DNA of 64,000 nt from Eledone cirrhosa (lineage: Eukaryota): assembly GCA_964016885.1 (NCBI GenBank), contig OZ024742.1, forward strand, positions 312,108,001 through 312,172,000. Direction: 5' to 3'. This document shows, one piece after another, positions 31,309 to 45,780 of the stretch. The notes beneath the pieces are model-generated. The model was not told where the DNA came from. It did not search any database and saw nothing but the letters and a program-made list of their open reading frames with translations. The stretch's first letter is position 1. The number at the start of each line of letters is the position of its first letter. A program made the position numbers and the translations under genes.

Positions 31309-31471
31309 AAAGAGGTGTATATGAAGACATACACAATATGTTAATGTATAATAAACACATATAAACCATGAGGCATATATGTTTATCATACATAAAGATA
31401 TATATGCTTTCATATGCACCACTATAATAAATCATGCTATGTTAGTGCTACTACTAACATCTCCACCCATC

Positions 31472-31536
<65 letters not shown>

Positions 31537-31771
31537 CCAGTAAGACTAACCACAGCTTTAGCAGAGAAAATGGCCTTAAAATGCTTGCGGCTGTTAATGT
31601 TCATGGCTGTGATGGTTTTGCTCACAGGCCTACTTATTCAGAACTGAAGAGCTACAACAAGATGCTCAATGGAAGAATATCCATGTTTACATGGTAGCCA
31701 AGACAGACAGAAGTCTTTAAAAATGAACTCAAGCAATATTTATCAGTCATGGCAGATAAAAGTGATTTAAA

Positions 31772-32229
31772 CCCTTTTATTACCATATTTCTAATGAAAG
31801 ACAAATAATTTTGAAAATACTCAAGAATATGGAAAGATTTAGTAACATAATAAACTTTTTCATAATGTATTGGTTCTTATACAAAATTATGATGGAAGCT
31901 TTTAGATACCAACTGGGCATGTGGTTAGAATGTCTCAGGAAAGAATCACTGGACAGATTTTATTGGCAAAACCAACCGGCAGGAGATCCAGGGGTAGACC
32001 CCCGAGCAAGATAGTTGGATAACATCCATAAGCTTGGCTGGTTATGCTTAGGGATCCAGCCGGATTAGTTGGAGATGGTTGATTCTGACAGGACCCACTG
32101 GAAGGAGTGTTTGAAGACATTGCCCCCATGCCCCTCTCAGGAATAAGTGGGTGAAGTCTTAGATACATATAAAGACTTTAAAACAACGAGTTTTGTATCA
32201 TCAAACCAAGCAGTTTCATATCAAAAGGG
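31772..32229. mobile_element. piggyBac-like family-A MITE interrupted by an RTE fragment
   Basis: Termini CCCTTTTATTACC ... ATATCAAAAGGG|TTAA. Confidence 0.6.
31910..32158 (+). mobile_element. RTE LINE 3' fragment (another family) with TSD
   Basis: Encodes GHVVRMSQERITGQILLAKPTGRRSRGRP. TTAGATAC is duplicated at 31902-31909 and 32159-32166. Confidence 0.8.
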
Positions 32230-32249
32230 TTAAAACAATAAAGGAACAT

Positions 32250-32586
32250 GGATGCACATGGCTTAGTGGTTAGAGCATTGGCCTTGCAATCGAAAGGTTG
32301 TGAGTTCAATTCTCAGACCGGGTGATGTGTTGTTTCCTTGAGCAAGCCACTTTATTTCACATTGCTCCAGTCTACTCAGCTGTAGAAATGAGATGATAGG
32401 GACTGGGGTCCTTATCATTCCACTGCAAAGTGGCCGTGGAGGTGCCATGGAAAAAAAGCACCCAGCCCTCACTGTAAATGAGGTTGGTGTTAGGAAGGGC
32501 ATCCAGCTGTAGAAATCAAGCCAAAATCAGTTCCCGTCCCACCCTTGCAAGCAGGGAAAAGCGGACATAAAATGATGAATGATGAT
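32250..32586 (+). mobile_element. SINE-1 copy
   Basis: Near-identical to 9053-9395. Confidence 0.9.
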
Positions 32587-33517
32587 AACAACATCAATAT
32601 AATGATCAAGCTAATGAGGAAGCTTCTATGTAGCTGTTATAACAGTTAAATCTCTCTCAAATTATGAAAATAATAGAAAAGACACAGCATTAATGTAGTT
32701 CTTAATACATTATTTTGGAAAAAAAAAAGTGGGATGGTCATAGCTGGAATGCATTTGAGTGTAGATCTGCCCAATCAGGTAAAACAATCAGGCTAGGATA
32801 AATATTACATAATGTCTGCTAGTGATTCTATCAGATCACTCTAGCCACCACCATTTAGCTATTGTGCTAGTTATGTCTTATAGTGATGGAGTTGCTGCTA
32901 CTTGACAACTCACACTCTTCTTGGTCAGTCTCACACCACACTCAGCAACCTTAATAAACACAGTGTCTCTTTTTTTCTCTTTCCCTTACCAATTCTGAGC
33001 CAATATAGGAAGCCACTATGTGGTAGCTCTTCATGCTAGAAATAGCAGCCAAATACCCCATCAAACCCCCATCATACTATCATCTTAAATAAGGAAAGAG
33101 CACACTGGATTAATATAGACCTACTGGCTGGAAGACCTTTGATCATAAGTCTGGTTGATTAGAGCTGCCCTAGGGCTAAACAACAACAATAACTACAAGT
33201 AAAACCAATTCTAAGCTTCAGTGAGCCAAGAACACCAATGAACCAAATAAATACACTTTCCTGTTAATATCAGTCTCCCATTACAAGTAGGTTTCCAGGT
33301 TTCTCAACATCTAAACCATGCAGTCACTTCTCCAACACACACACACACACACACGTATACACATACAGACCTCCACAATTTCTCATTGCCATTCACACAC
33401 ACACAATCTCTCTCATTGTCATTCATATGGTTTGCCATCACTTTCAACCCCCTTTCTATCTCACTTTCCTATTTAGAGTTCTCACCCACCACCCCTCCCT
33501 TACCAACCCATCACCCT

Positions 33518-33551
<34 letters not shown>

Positions 33552-33669
33552 CTTGATAAAACCACGCCTTCCTGAACAAAAGCAGTTTCCAATAATAATA
33601 AAAATACAAAGCTGACAATGTTCATCAGATCCACACTCCATAGCCAGCCTCTTGCACAGCCACTCACAA

Positions 33670-35825
33670 TGGCATCATCACCATCATCATCATCAGTAGC
33701 AGCAGCACCACCAGTGTCTCTACCAGTACCTTTATCACCATCACTACCATTATTATCATCACCACCACCTTCATCTCCTACACTGCTCCCACCACCACCT
33801 TTATCATCTACACTGCTCCCCCCACCACCTTTCTCATCTACACTGCTCCCACCACCACCTTTCTCATCTACACTGCTCCCACCACCACCTTTATCATCTA
33901 CACTGCTCCCACCACCATCTTTATCATCTACACTGCTCCCACCACCACCTTTATCATCTACACTGCTCCCCCCACCACCTTTCTCATCTACACTGCTCCC
34001 ACCACCACCTTTCTCATCTACACTGCTCCCACCACCACCTTTATCATCTACACTGCTCCCACCACCACCTTTCTCATCTACACTGCTCCCACCACCATCT
34101 TTATCATCTACACTGCTCCCACCACCATCACCACCATCTTTCTCATCTACACTGCTCCCACCACCATCACCACCACCTTTCTCATCTACACTGCTCCCAC
34201 CACCTTTATCATCTACACTGCTCCCACCACCATCACCACCACCTTTATCATCTACACTGCTCCCACCACCATCACCACCACCTTTCTCATCTACACTGCT
34301 CCCACCACCATCACCACCACCTTTATCATCTACACTGCTCCCACCACCATCACCACCATCTTTCTCATCTACACTGCTCCCACCACCATCACCACCACCT
34401 TTCTCATCTACACTGCTCCCACCACCTTTATCATCTACACTGCTCCCACCACCATCACCACCACCTTTATCATCTACACTGCTCCCACCACCATCACCAC
34501 CACCTTTCTCATCTACACTGCTCCCACCACCATCACCACCACCTTTATCATCTACACTGCTCCCACCACCATCACCACCACCTTTATCATCTACACTGCT
34601 CCCACCACCATCACCACCACCTTTATCATCTACACTGCTCCCACCACCATCACCACCATCTTTCTCATCTACACTGCTCCCACCACCTTTATCATCTACA
34701 CTGCTCCCACCACCATCACCACCACCTTTCTCATCTACACTGCTCCCACCACCATCACCACCACCTTTATCATCTACACTGCTCCCACCACCATCACCAC
34801 CACCTTTATCATCTACACTGCTCCCACCACCATCACCACCATCTTTATCATCTACACTGCTCCCAGCACCATCACCTTCATCACCTACACTGCTCCCACC
34901 ACCTTTATCACCTACACCAATACTGTCAATACCATCTGTATCTACATCCACAGCATCACCACCACCAGCCTCTCCAATACTACCACCACTATCACCACCA
35001 TCCTCTCCAATACTACCACCACTATCACCACCATCCTCTCCAACACTACCACCACTATCACCACCATCCTCTCCAACACTACCACCACTATCATTACCAT
35101 CCTCTCCAACACTACCACCACTATCACCACCAGCCTCTCTAACACTACCACCACTATCACCACCAGCCTCTCTAACACTACCACCACTATCACCACCATC
35201 CTCTCTAACACTACCACCACTATCACCACCATCCTCTCTAACACTACCACCACTATCACCACCATCCTCTCTAACACTACCACCACTATCACCACCATCC
35301 TCTCCAACACTACCACCACTATCACCACCATCCTCTCCAACACTACCACCACTATCACCACCAGCCTCTCTAACACTACCACCACTATCACCACCATCCT
35401 CTCTAACACTACCACCACTATCACCACCATCCTCTCTAACACTACCACCACTATCACCACCATCCTCTCTAACACTACCACCACTATCACCACCATCCTC
35501 TCCAACACTACCACCACTATCACCACCATCCTCTCCAACACTACCACCACTATCACCACCATCCTCTCTAACACTACCACCACTATCACCACCAGCCTCT
35601 CTAACACTACCACCACTATCACCACCATCCTCTCTAACACTACCACCACCATCCTCTCCAACACTACCACCACTATCACCACCAGCCTCTCTAACACTAC
35701 CACCACTATCATCACCAGCCTCTCCAACACTACCACCACTATCATCACCAGCCTCTCTAACACTACCACCACTATCATCACCAGCCTCTCCAACACTACC
35801 ATCACCACTAACAACAACAACAACA
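33670..35825. repeat. CCA-derived compound minisatellite (27/30/39-bp units, then 33-bp units)
   Basis: Units CCTTTATCATCTACACTGCTCCCACCACCA(TCACCACCA) to about 34900, then CCATCCTCTC(C/T)AACACTACCACCACTATCACCA. Confidence 0.95.
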
Positions 35826-36915
35826 ACTAAAATGAACAGGATGTGGCAGATAGGAGAATAAATAGTAAGGGGAACAGTGTCAGAAGAAATTGCTACTACA
35901 ATAATGGTGGTGGTAGTGGTGGTGTTGGGTACAGTAGTGATGATGATAATGGTGGCGGTGGTGCTGGTGTTGGTGATGGCATTGATTGATGATGGAGCTG
36001 ATGTTGATGATGATGCTGGTGATGATGGTGATGATGGCACTGACAATGCTGCTGCTGCTGGTGATAACACTTTATCAGTGTTGTACCATAGTGGGTCATG
36101 GCTATTGGTGTTATCAGATAAATCAATGCAAGAAGGATGGGTATTTTAATGGCAAATGTTTTGTAGTATGAGAGGGAGAGAAGGGGGGGGGGTTATACAA
36201 GGCTGGGGTAGGCAGGAATGAGGGGTATGAGAGGATAAAGAGAATGTCCTGGAAGTTGGGGGATTCTTTCTTTGTGAAACCCCTCCCACTAGCTGGAAGC
36301 TTTTTCCCTCAAGGCTTTGGTTACAAGAGTGCAATTGTATTGATGAAAATTAATTGAAAGAATCAACACACACACACATACATCATGTAATGTTTAATAC
36401 ATTCTAAACAAACACTTAATAAAGGACACATAAACACACATGCATACATACACAAATACTCATATATATATATATGTAAATGAAGAAGACACATTCATAT
36501 ACATAAATAATGGTGATATTCAAGCATATTATCAATAACATAGAATTTTGTTGTATAGCCTGGTCAGTAACAACCGTGTTGCAGGGTTTCAGAAACTGGT
36601 GAGGATAATGGAGGAATATCTTGACATCCACAAACTGGAGACCTAGTCCGGATACTAGCTATAGAGTGGAATCCACTAAAGTCACTAATGAGTCAGGTGG
36701 TGGAGTTAAACTTTTCATTATCATATTTTTAATGAAAGACAGATACTGCTCAAGAGTCTCAAATATTTTTCTAAATAATCAAGATTTAGTAACATAACTA
36801 ATTTTCTTGTTATCAAGTTGGTGTTTGGAATATAACTTAGAAGTTTTTACACAAAGTTATGATGACAAGTTTTTAGATAATTATAAACACTTTGAAATAG
36901 AGATTTGTATTTTAA

Positions 36916-37123
36916 CCCTTTAGCTTTTAAACAGGCCGTATCTGGCCAGAATTCTCTCATCTGTTTCTGTTCAAACTGGCTGTAACTTGATACCCATACT
37001 GATGTTAAGGTATTGTCCTCAAAATAAATAATATCAAAATCTGATAGATTCGATATTATGTGAGATAAAGCCTTTAGCATGAAAATAAAACAGTATATAT
37101 AGAGTAATGTAACTGCTAAAGGG
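36916..37123 (-). mobile_element. piggyBac-like MITE family B nested in a family-A remnant
   Basis: Ends are TTAA|CCCTTTAGC ... GCTAAAGGG|TTAA. Confidence 0.75.
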
Positions 37124-37181
37124 TTAAATGAGTGTCAGATTCAGGCAGTTTTGTATCAAGTAAAACCAGGTGATGGATTAA

Positions 37182-37427
37182 CTCTTTCATAACCATATTT
37201 CTCAGGAAATACACTGTATTTAAATATATTTATGAATAATTTTGAGAGATTTACTAAAAGTATTAATTATTTTATTATTAAGATAGTATTTGTAATATAA
37301 CTTAACAAAAGGTTCTGATATCAAGTTATATTGGAAGATTTCAATTTAAAATAGGAACCCTTTAAAATGACTGGTTCTGTTTCATAGAACTAGAGGCAAT
37401 TTTTGAGGCAAGTTGGTATCAAAAGGG
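37182..37427 (-). mobile_element. piggyBac-like MITE family A
   Basis: Ends are TTAA|CTCTTTCATAACC ... TTGGTATCAAAAGGG|TTAA. Confidence 0.65.
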
Positions 37428-37724
37428 TTAAACCTACTATCAAGAACATGTACCTATACAGTTATATTCAACAGGCTTTCATAGTTTCCATCTTCCTAAT
37501 TTCACAAGGCTATGGTAGATGATACACACTTGCCTAAGAGGCAAGAAACCAGGAACTGTAAAGTGAACTTCTCAACCACATTATGCCTGCATACATACAT
37601 TCAGCTGGAAGCAAATATACAATACACTCTATATGGTGGTTGATATTAGGATGGACATCCTTCTATAGAAACCAAGCCATTCTGAGTACTAATCCTGCCT
37701 CTTGTTAATGGAAAAGAAATGACA

Positions 37725-37920
37725 CTTCTAGGAAGTTTGACCAGAAGATAATATCAACAATGAAAAAATCAATGGAAACATAGTTTCAGGAGGTTTGACC
37801 AGCAGATAATATCAGCAATGGAATGACCAACAGAAACTTAGTTTTAGGAGTTTTGACCAGTAGATAATAGCAGCAATGGAAAGACTAATGGAAACACAGT
37901 TTCCTTGGTCCAATCTGATG
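37725..37920 (+). repeat. ~58-bp tandem repeat, 3 copies, derived from a SINE body
   Basis: Unit AGGAGGTTTGACCAGCAGATAATATCAGCAATGGAA..GAAACATAGTTT matches the reverse complement of ~40240-40310. Confidence 0.75.
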
Positions 37921-38034
37921 ATTAGCTCCTTTCTTTTCCTTTGATTTATTTATACCAGTACAACCTGAAGATATCTATCAAGCAAGCTTATTTCTTTTAT
38001 TTAAAAGGGCATGTTCTATGTCAACATTAATTAT

Positions 38035-38220
38035 ATTGGCAGTATCGGTAGAGGGTCAGATGCCATGCTTTCTAGCATAGTTATATCCCTTTATGATCTG
38101 AGTTCAAATCCCGCCAAGGTTAACTTTGCCTTTCATCCTTACGGGGTCGATAAAATAAAGTACCAGTAATGTACTGTGTAATTGCTGGCCTTGTGCCAAA
38201 AAGTGGAAACAATTAATTAT
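38035..38220 (+). mobile_element. Meta-domain-like SINE
   Basis: Matches 26799-27023 and 45285-45468. Confidence 0.8.
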
Positions 38221-40179
38221 ACAGAAAACCAGCTTTAACCCTTTTGAGGCCACCCACCTACACACCCATTTAAAAGTGCTGAGAAACAACAACAATCATT
38301 ATAAAAGGTTCCTATTCAAATTAAAATCTTCCAATATAATTTTATATAAGTTTCTATCTCAGTAATGAAATAATTAATAATTTTTGCAAATCTCTAAAAA
38401 ATCTTCATTAGTTAATTGAAATAGAAGATATTTCATTAGAACTATTGAAATGAAAGCAGTAAAAACTTATGATTCGGGTATTGTCTACAACTGAGTAAAT
38501 CCATATGGATTGTATATTTGATTTGACAACAATCTTTGAGAAGAAAAAAAATGTAAGAATCTGATATGGGAATTCCATGTTCTAACACATTAGAATTTAT
38601 CCATGGGTCAGAGTTCAAAACAACAAGGTCAATGGATGGCCAAATAAAGCTTGTATGATATCTACTACTACTTTAGATACAAACATCTGTATTCAATGTT
38701 ACCTATACATTAATATGCATGCATCAGTACATATACATATGAATGAGAATATAAATGCACACACACACACAGACAGATACACACATGCACATTCGCACTG
38801 CTATAGTGAAGACTTTTATTGCTACTTTTCCCCTGATGACTATTTTCAAGATTGATGAAAAGGTTACCAGAAACTGAAGTCTGTGGCACTGAAGTTTATG
38901 GTAAAGAGAATGGAGGTCTGGACAGCCACAAAAGAGAATAAGAATTGAAACACAATCCTGAAACTAATAAAACCAAGAATGTGGAAGTAATGCCAGTATA
39001 TCAACATTGGTCATTGAAAACAGAGTTTAGGAAATAGCATAAATGAAATACTACATACATATATTATCATAGAGTTTTCCTTTCATATGAAACATTATAC
39101 CTTTTGATCTGACTCATATAAACATAAGCAATGGCTTTGAACATTTTTGATAAATAAATAAATAAAATATATTCAGCATTGCAAAGCTTTAAATATAAGA
39201 ACAAGGAATATAATTCGGAATTTTTATGGACTTAATGTTAATTTCTTTAGACAAGTCACAAACAAAGTGTATTTTTGTAGTGGAGAGGGTTTAGATGAAT
39301 AAATCAACATCAATACATATATATAATTAGTACTTACTTCATCAAAGTTAGACAGATGAAAGGCAAAAGTGACCCCAGTGGAATTTGAACTCAGAATTCA
39401 TAGAGACTAATACATTTAGTCAGGTGGTTTATGATATCGATCATCTTTATGCTTAAATAATATTAATATTACAATTACATTGGCAGAAAGCAGAGAATGA
39501 ATTTATTGCCAACCAAAGTGCAGATCAGTGCAACATATGATTCACTGAAGCTCCCTATGTAATCCATAAATTTAGAAATATGAGAAAATCTGTCCAGATT
39601 TATAATGAAAGGTAGTTAGTTGACAACCCAGATTTTCAAGTTAAGAGGAAAATTAAAACTTCAAATCAAAATTCTCCCAAATCTTAATTCCCGATTTATA
39701 ATTAAAATTAGAGAAATATTTAAATCATTAATTTTCATGTAAGGCAACTTGATAACACAGCAATTTCTCTTACAGTAATAACCACCCCTATCTTAATCTA
39801 AACTGTACAGACTTGTTCTTGTAAATACAGGATTAACATTTAATTTGCTTCTTGGTGTTTGGCGACCTAATTCTTTGGGTGGTTCACTATTGGAATTGTA
39901 ACAATGCTAAATATGTATGATCACTGAGTGAACAACTAATTAAATGGCTAAGTTCTATCTGGATCTGACAGGAGTAAAACATTAAATGAAAAGACAGAAT
40001 TGAACTGTATTGATAGAGTAAAGCTCAGAACACAAGACATTATCATCATCATCATCAGCATTTAACGTTTCTTTTCCATGCTTTCATTGGTTAGATGGCT
40101 GTGACATGCTGAGGCCAGATTGGCTTAGTTTCTATGGCTGAATGCTCTTCCTAATGCTAACCACATTACAGCATATCAC

Positions 40180-40425
40180 TGATCGATCAACAAGATTCCA
40201 GGCCTCATTCGTTTGCCGAGTGGGCTGGACCTCGTCAAATTGGACCAAGGAAATTTATGTTTCCATTGGTCTTTCCATTGCTGATACTATCTACTGGTCA
40301 CAATTCCTGGCAGAAGGAGCAACGTGAAATAAAGTGTCTTGCTCAAAGACAAAAAGCATCACCCTGTCTGAGAATTGAACTTGCAACCTCACGATTGCGA
40401 AACCAACTCTGTAACCACTAAGCCT
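40180..40425 (-). mobile_element. tRNA-derived CORE-type SINE (fourth 3' type)
   Basis: Head GGCTTAGTGG..GTTCAATTCTCAGAC and CORE-like block, with a distinct 3' body. Confidence 0.75.
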
Positions 40426-40544
40426 TACAGCATATACTGGGGTCATTTTTATTGTGACTCCAGTACTACCACCTTACAGGGTGGGCTGGGTGATTTTTGC
40501 CATGACCCCACTAGTATATAAATAGATCAACAAGTAGGGATTAG

Positions 40545-40845
40545 CCTTGCAGGCCTCATGGTATGCTATTTTTACCATAACATCTCCATCCCCCTTCTCT
40601 AATTCCTGGCTTTCATTTCCTCTGCCATCATATTTTGTCATGTCTTTTCCACACTCATTTCTATCACTCCTCTTATCCAGTCACTTTCTTATTTCTTCTT
40701 TCCTCAACACATGACTCAACCATCTCCTTCCATATATTTTCACAATATCCATCACTAGCTCTATTACCAACATTCTCCGCAATTCATTGTTTATCTTCCT
40801 CTTTCTCAGGGATACTCCAGCCATCTCCATAGCTCCACATTCATT
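40545..40845 (-). pseudogene. old RTE LINE C-terminal fragment
   Basis: Encodes MAGVSLRKRKINNELRRML..RRWLSHVLRKEE..DWIRGVIEMSVE. Confidence 0.65.
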
Positions 40846-41029
40846 AAAGAAGTCTCACTCTCCTATGTCATGGCACTTCACACACATACAGTGTATAAAG
40901 GATAAAGATCTCATAACTCCTTGTGGAGTCGTAGAAGCATCGTCATACGGTGTGTCTAGGGCACTTTTAAACCTGGTGGAGCCCAACCCTCTTCAGGTCT
41001 GACCACAGCCGATCTTTTTTATAGAGTAA

Positions 41030-41192
41030 GAATCGACCCCAGTACTGGACTGGTACTTTTTTATCGACCTCAAAAGGATGAAAGGTAAAGTTGACCATGA
41101 TGGGATTTGAACTCAGAGTACCCAATGAGGTGGGATGAATACCGTAAATCATTCTATCCGACGTCTTAACGACTCTGCCAATTTGCCGCCTT
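41030..41192 (-). mobile_element. Meta-domain-like SINE
   Basis: CTGGTACTTT..TATCGACC..AAGGATGAAAGG..ATTTGAACTC. Confidence 0.75.
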
Positions 41193-42434
41193 ATATACAG
41201 CATATACTTTTCCATAAAATCTAGTATATATAAATGTTGAAAACAATTCTCATTTCCAAACCAATCAATGCTAAACATTATAGAGCCTAGATTGCATTAA
41301 AATATTTAAACATTACGGGGGTATCTAAGCAACATAATAACCAGAAATTAAATGTATATATTCAATGAACTAGATTCCATCTAAGTATAAAAGCCCTAGA
41401 CACAAATCTCATAACATAAAATCAAAAGTGCACTAACAAACTACTGTGAATGACAAGAAGATCGACAAACTTCAACAACTTTAAGTAGTTAACCATCAAC
41501 GTGTCAGCAAACTGATGCAGCATCTTTCACTATACTTTATTAATGTCTGCAATGTAAACTCAGACTAGGAAGTGTGAGTGTATTGAGAAGTAATGTAAAT
41601 GGCAAATGTATTGATGTACTGACCAATCAATGTCACTGCCAAATACACCAGCACCAGACATTAAAAATGAGAATGATTAATTGAAAATTGAAAAATGTGT
41701 CATGTCATCCAACCAAAAAGACAACTGTACTGTTTGAGTAATATCTGTCAAAGGAGAAAACAATTGCAAGACTTGAGGTGAGTTTAATAATGATATCTTA
41801 GAGTATTGCATCAAAGAAAAAAAGTCTAGTAGTGTAGATACCAATAGAAATTATATTAAAGAAACAACTAACAGCTCAATCAAGAAAATATACATTATGA
41901 TCTGCTACTCTGTATAGTATATATGAAATGTCTGTGTTAAATATGTGTATTTGTGTACATGTGTGTATATAATATATATAGAGAGGGAGAAACACACACA
42001 TGTGTGTGTTTTATATTATTTGTTTATGAACATAAATAAATAATGAATATAATATATCAACACACACACCACATTGAGCAGGGTTTTCCCTGTTCACATC
42101 CACTGATGTTTTATTACACACACGCACAGAGAGAGAGCACACACATTGTGAATGAAAAATATTAACATAGATGTTTCTGTATATGCATCAATGGGTACAC
42201 ACACACACAGACTGTTAGCAATGAGTTTGATTATATCATATTTCAATAAAATCACCTATTTTCAAATCAAAAGGTTCCTGTATGAAGTCACAAAAAATCA
42301 GTAAACATTGTCACTAACAGAATCCATATTCCAGAAACCTCTAAAATAAAGAAATAATTCACTATTCTTAAGTGTCACAAAAGGATACCAAAATGGCACA
42401 ATTGGAATAACCAACGTTATTTTCAGCAACAAAT

Positions 42435-42607
42435 GTGGTTGGCATTAGGAAGGGCATCCAGCCGTAGAAACCTAGCCAGTAAAAGTCCTATACGAGTAAG
42501 ACATGGGCACCTGACGCAACTTACCTCAAATGGGACGACCCGTCTAACCTATGCTAGCATGGAAAATGGATATTAAACGATGATGATGATGATGATGATG
42601 ATGATGA
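42435..42607 (+). mobile_element. RTE/SINE 3' tail fragment
   Basis: GGTTGGCATTAGGAAGGGCATCCAGCCGTAGAAA..GCTAGCATGGAAAATGGA..(GAT)n. Confidence 0.8.
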
Positions 42608-43040
42608 AACGTTTACAGAATATCTTCTTTTTTGCCCACTTATTTGTGAGGACTGTGGGGGAAGAGTCCTCAAACACATATTCCAACGGGTCCTATCAGA
42701 AGTAACTGTTGCCAAATGATCTGTCAAGGTCACCAAGCAAGACTAGCTGAGGTTTGGATGTTATTGAAACATCTTGATTGTAGTTTGCTTTTGGATCTCT
42801 TGCCAGTTAATTTTGCTCATTAAATCTGTCCTTCAATTATTTCATGAAACAGTCTAACCACATTTCCATAGTACCCGAGCTATAACCTGATGCAGAGAAG
42901 TAGTGGCTCTATCATGAGATTTTTGAAATTGATATTTCTGTGGATTCAGTGGGCACTAACTCCAATCACATAATCCCTCCACCTCCACCACCACCACCAC
43001 CACCATCTCTTACTAATTTTGTTTGAAAGCCAGCCTTTAA

Positions 43041-43459
43041 TCCTTTTGTATTCATATTTCTAATAACTTACACAATGTATGTGTATTATTTTTTTTTAAT
43101 AATCAAGGATTTGGAAGGAATATAACAAACTTTGTGGTTATTAAGCCGGTGTTTTGGAATATAAATAAATGTTTCTTAAATAAAATTAATTTGGAAGGTT
43201 TGAATTTTAATATTATACAAAACGGTTATTTTAAAGTGTCTATATTTATCTAAAAACCTCTCATCATTTATGTAAGAATCTTTGTTATATTTCAAACATC
43301 AACTTAATAATGAGAAAGTTAGTTATATTACTAAATCCCTTTCAAAATTATTTGAAAACCATAGGCAGTGTCATTAAAAATATTGTAATGAAAGATTTAA
43401 AATTAGGGTTTTGTATTACAAAAGCTGAAGTAGTTTCAGACGACTTGGTGCCAAAAGGG
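43041..43459. mobile_element. nested piggyBac-like family-A MITEs
   Basis: TTAA flanks and a TTGGTGCCAAAAGGG|TTAA end. Another copy lies at 44170-44599. Confidence 0.55.
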
Positions 43460-45284
43460 TTAACCTGACTGAATGCATATTTTGAATATTAAGCTAAAAG
43501 AAAAATCAAAATATAGAATTAAAAAAAAAACAAACAAAGAAACAAATTAATATTTCTTTGCTGTAGAATGTTGGTGGGGAGAAGTTTAAAAGTCAATATA
43601 TTTAAGAAAAAGAACAAAAGTATTTTTGTCTTTTTACTTATATCATTCATGAGAAAAGATGAAGTTCCTACTTCCCAGCAACCTTGTGATATGTGCCAAC
43701 TTAAAAACAAAAACAAAAGAAAAAGTAAGTCAAAAATAGCAAAAATAGAGTGTACATTAACAATGAGATGCCAGCCAGTGTTTATTCCCTGTGCAATCAA
43801 CTGTCATAGCAGAAGGCTATATATATAGTAAAGCATTTGATTATTTGATGAAATAATTATTTAACTCATTGAACACATATCAGTATTGGGTGATGGGGTC
43901 AGGCTAAATCAAATATTAGACTCTCAGAATACCCTATCTGAAATACTGTTATACATATTGTTGATCAACTTTCTTAGTCTTCCTAGCAAGACATTACTAT
44001 AGGGTGGAGTTTATAAAAGCTGTAAAAAGATCTAGCTACCCAATCAGACATTGCAAATGTATGAAAAAACTAAAGACCAGCTTACTAATCATCATCGCCA
44101 ACATCTTATATTCACTTTTTCTTGCTGACAAGCGTTGAACAGGTTGTTTTAGAGCAACTCAGTACTTAACCCTTTTGATACCAAACAACCTATCTGCATG
44201 ACTCAGCCCCAATACTGCCATACCCTAGGCCTAGAGCCCATCACCCCTCTCTTTCCCCATTCTTCTGTGATCCTAGAGCCCTTGCCTTTCTCTTCCTTTC
44301 CCGTTTTCATAACCACAAAATATATTTATGTGTGTACAAATGCATGTTAGAATCATATATCGTTGTATAACCTGAAACTGCCCTTGTTTTATGATACAAA
44401 GCTGTTTACATCTATATTTACCTAAACAAAATTTCATCATAATTTATGTAAGAACACTTGTTAAGTTATGTTCCAAACATCACCTTAAAAATGAAAAAGT
44501 TATATTATTAAATCCAACCATCCAAATTCTTGATTATTTTAAAGATTATTTGAAAATGATATGTATAGAGTTTTCCATTAGAAATATGGTAATAAAAGGT
44601 TGATCAAAACTCCTGTCATTCTATATGGGCTAGAGACCATGTCTTGTTTAGATACATTCCAGTTTTGGCATGGATTCTACAGATGGATATCCTTCCTAAT
44701 ACGAACTACTTTACAAGGTGTATTGAGAGCATTTAATTATAACTATAAATCTATTTTGTAATTCTACACTTGGTAATTTTGAACAAAAACTAATAGAATA
44801 GTTCTCTCCCTCTCAAGTAAAGTTGTATTCCCTATTTATGATAAACATCATAATAACCTGTTCCTTAACATGTTTCTAATGTAAGAAATTGCTAATAATT
44901 TTCAAATAATTCTAGAATTTGGAGAGATATAACAAAATAATTAACTTTGACAAGCTGGTGTAAAGTTCTGACTTAAAATTATAAAGGAAAGTTTCTAGAT
45001 AATTATAAACATTTTAAAACAAATATACTAGGGGGAAGTTTCAGTTAATCTGTATCACACACTTCCTGTATCCATTATGATTACCTTCCTTTATATGAAC
45101 TATCTCTTATGTATCACCCAGTTCATAAATAGAAATAGCTTATGGCACTTTAGAAGAACTAGTATGGATAAGACCTCTTGTGACATTTAATCGTTCTTGA
45201 ATGCAGAGAATAATAAATTTTACAACTCATTCTCAACAGGAGCTTATATCTGGCTTCTTTAACCATTATTAATAAATCTGCATT

Positions 45285-45468
45285 ATTGGCAGTATCGATA
45301 GAGGGTCTGATGACATGTTTTGACGCATAGGATTACGGCCCTTCCAATTCTGAGTTCAAATCCCGCCGAGGTTAACTTTGCCTTTCATCCTTACGGGATC
45401 GATAAAATAAAGTACCAGTAATGTACTGTTTAATTGCTGGCCTTGTGCCAAAAATAGAAACAATTATT
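45285..45468 (+). mobile_element. Meta-domain-like SINE
   Basis: Matches 38035-38220. Confidence 0.8.
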
Positions 45469-45745
45469 AATAAATCTACTTCTCTTCCTCATCACAACTC
45501 CTTCTGAGTTGCCAATCAACACTCATTTTCTCTAGGGTTACTTCTAGCAACATCTATCACCCTACACTTAGGGAGATATGTGAGAGAGAGCCTATCTTGA
45601 TCTCAACAAGATGCTCCCTTGACAGTGCCTCTTTCATCATATTTTCAGCTCCTTGCTCTTTTATTCTATTATTGCCAGTTTTCCCTGTAGAGAACACAAT
45701 CTCTAATGTTGGTACTACAAAAAAATACACTCAGTATATTCAGAT

Positions 45746-45780
45746 GTCATGATCATCTAGTGGTTAACACTCCACATTGT
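45746..45780 (+). pseudogene. 5'-half tRNA-His pseudogene fragment
   Basis: GTCATGATCATCTAGTGGTTAACACTCCACATTGT resembles the metazoan tRNA-His(GTG) 5' half with CpG decay and ends in the anticodon loop. Confidence 0.5.

Noticed and set aside
33770-35800. CRISPR-like regular repeats
   Set aside because: Contiguous tandem units with no unique spacers, no cas genes, and a eukaryotic context.
41400-41783. Unique-looking sequence ending in a perfect donor-like GAG|GTGAGT
   Set aside because: No convincing ORF, acceptor or partner exon. A single consensus match is expected by chance without RNA data.
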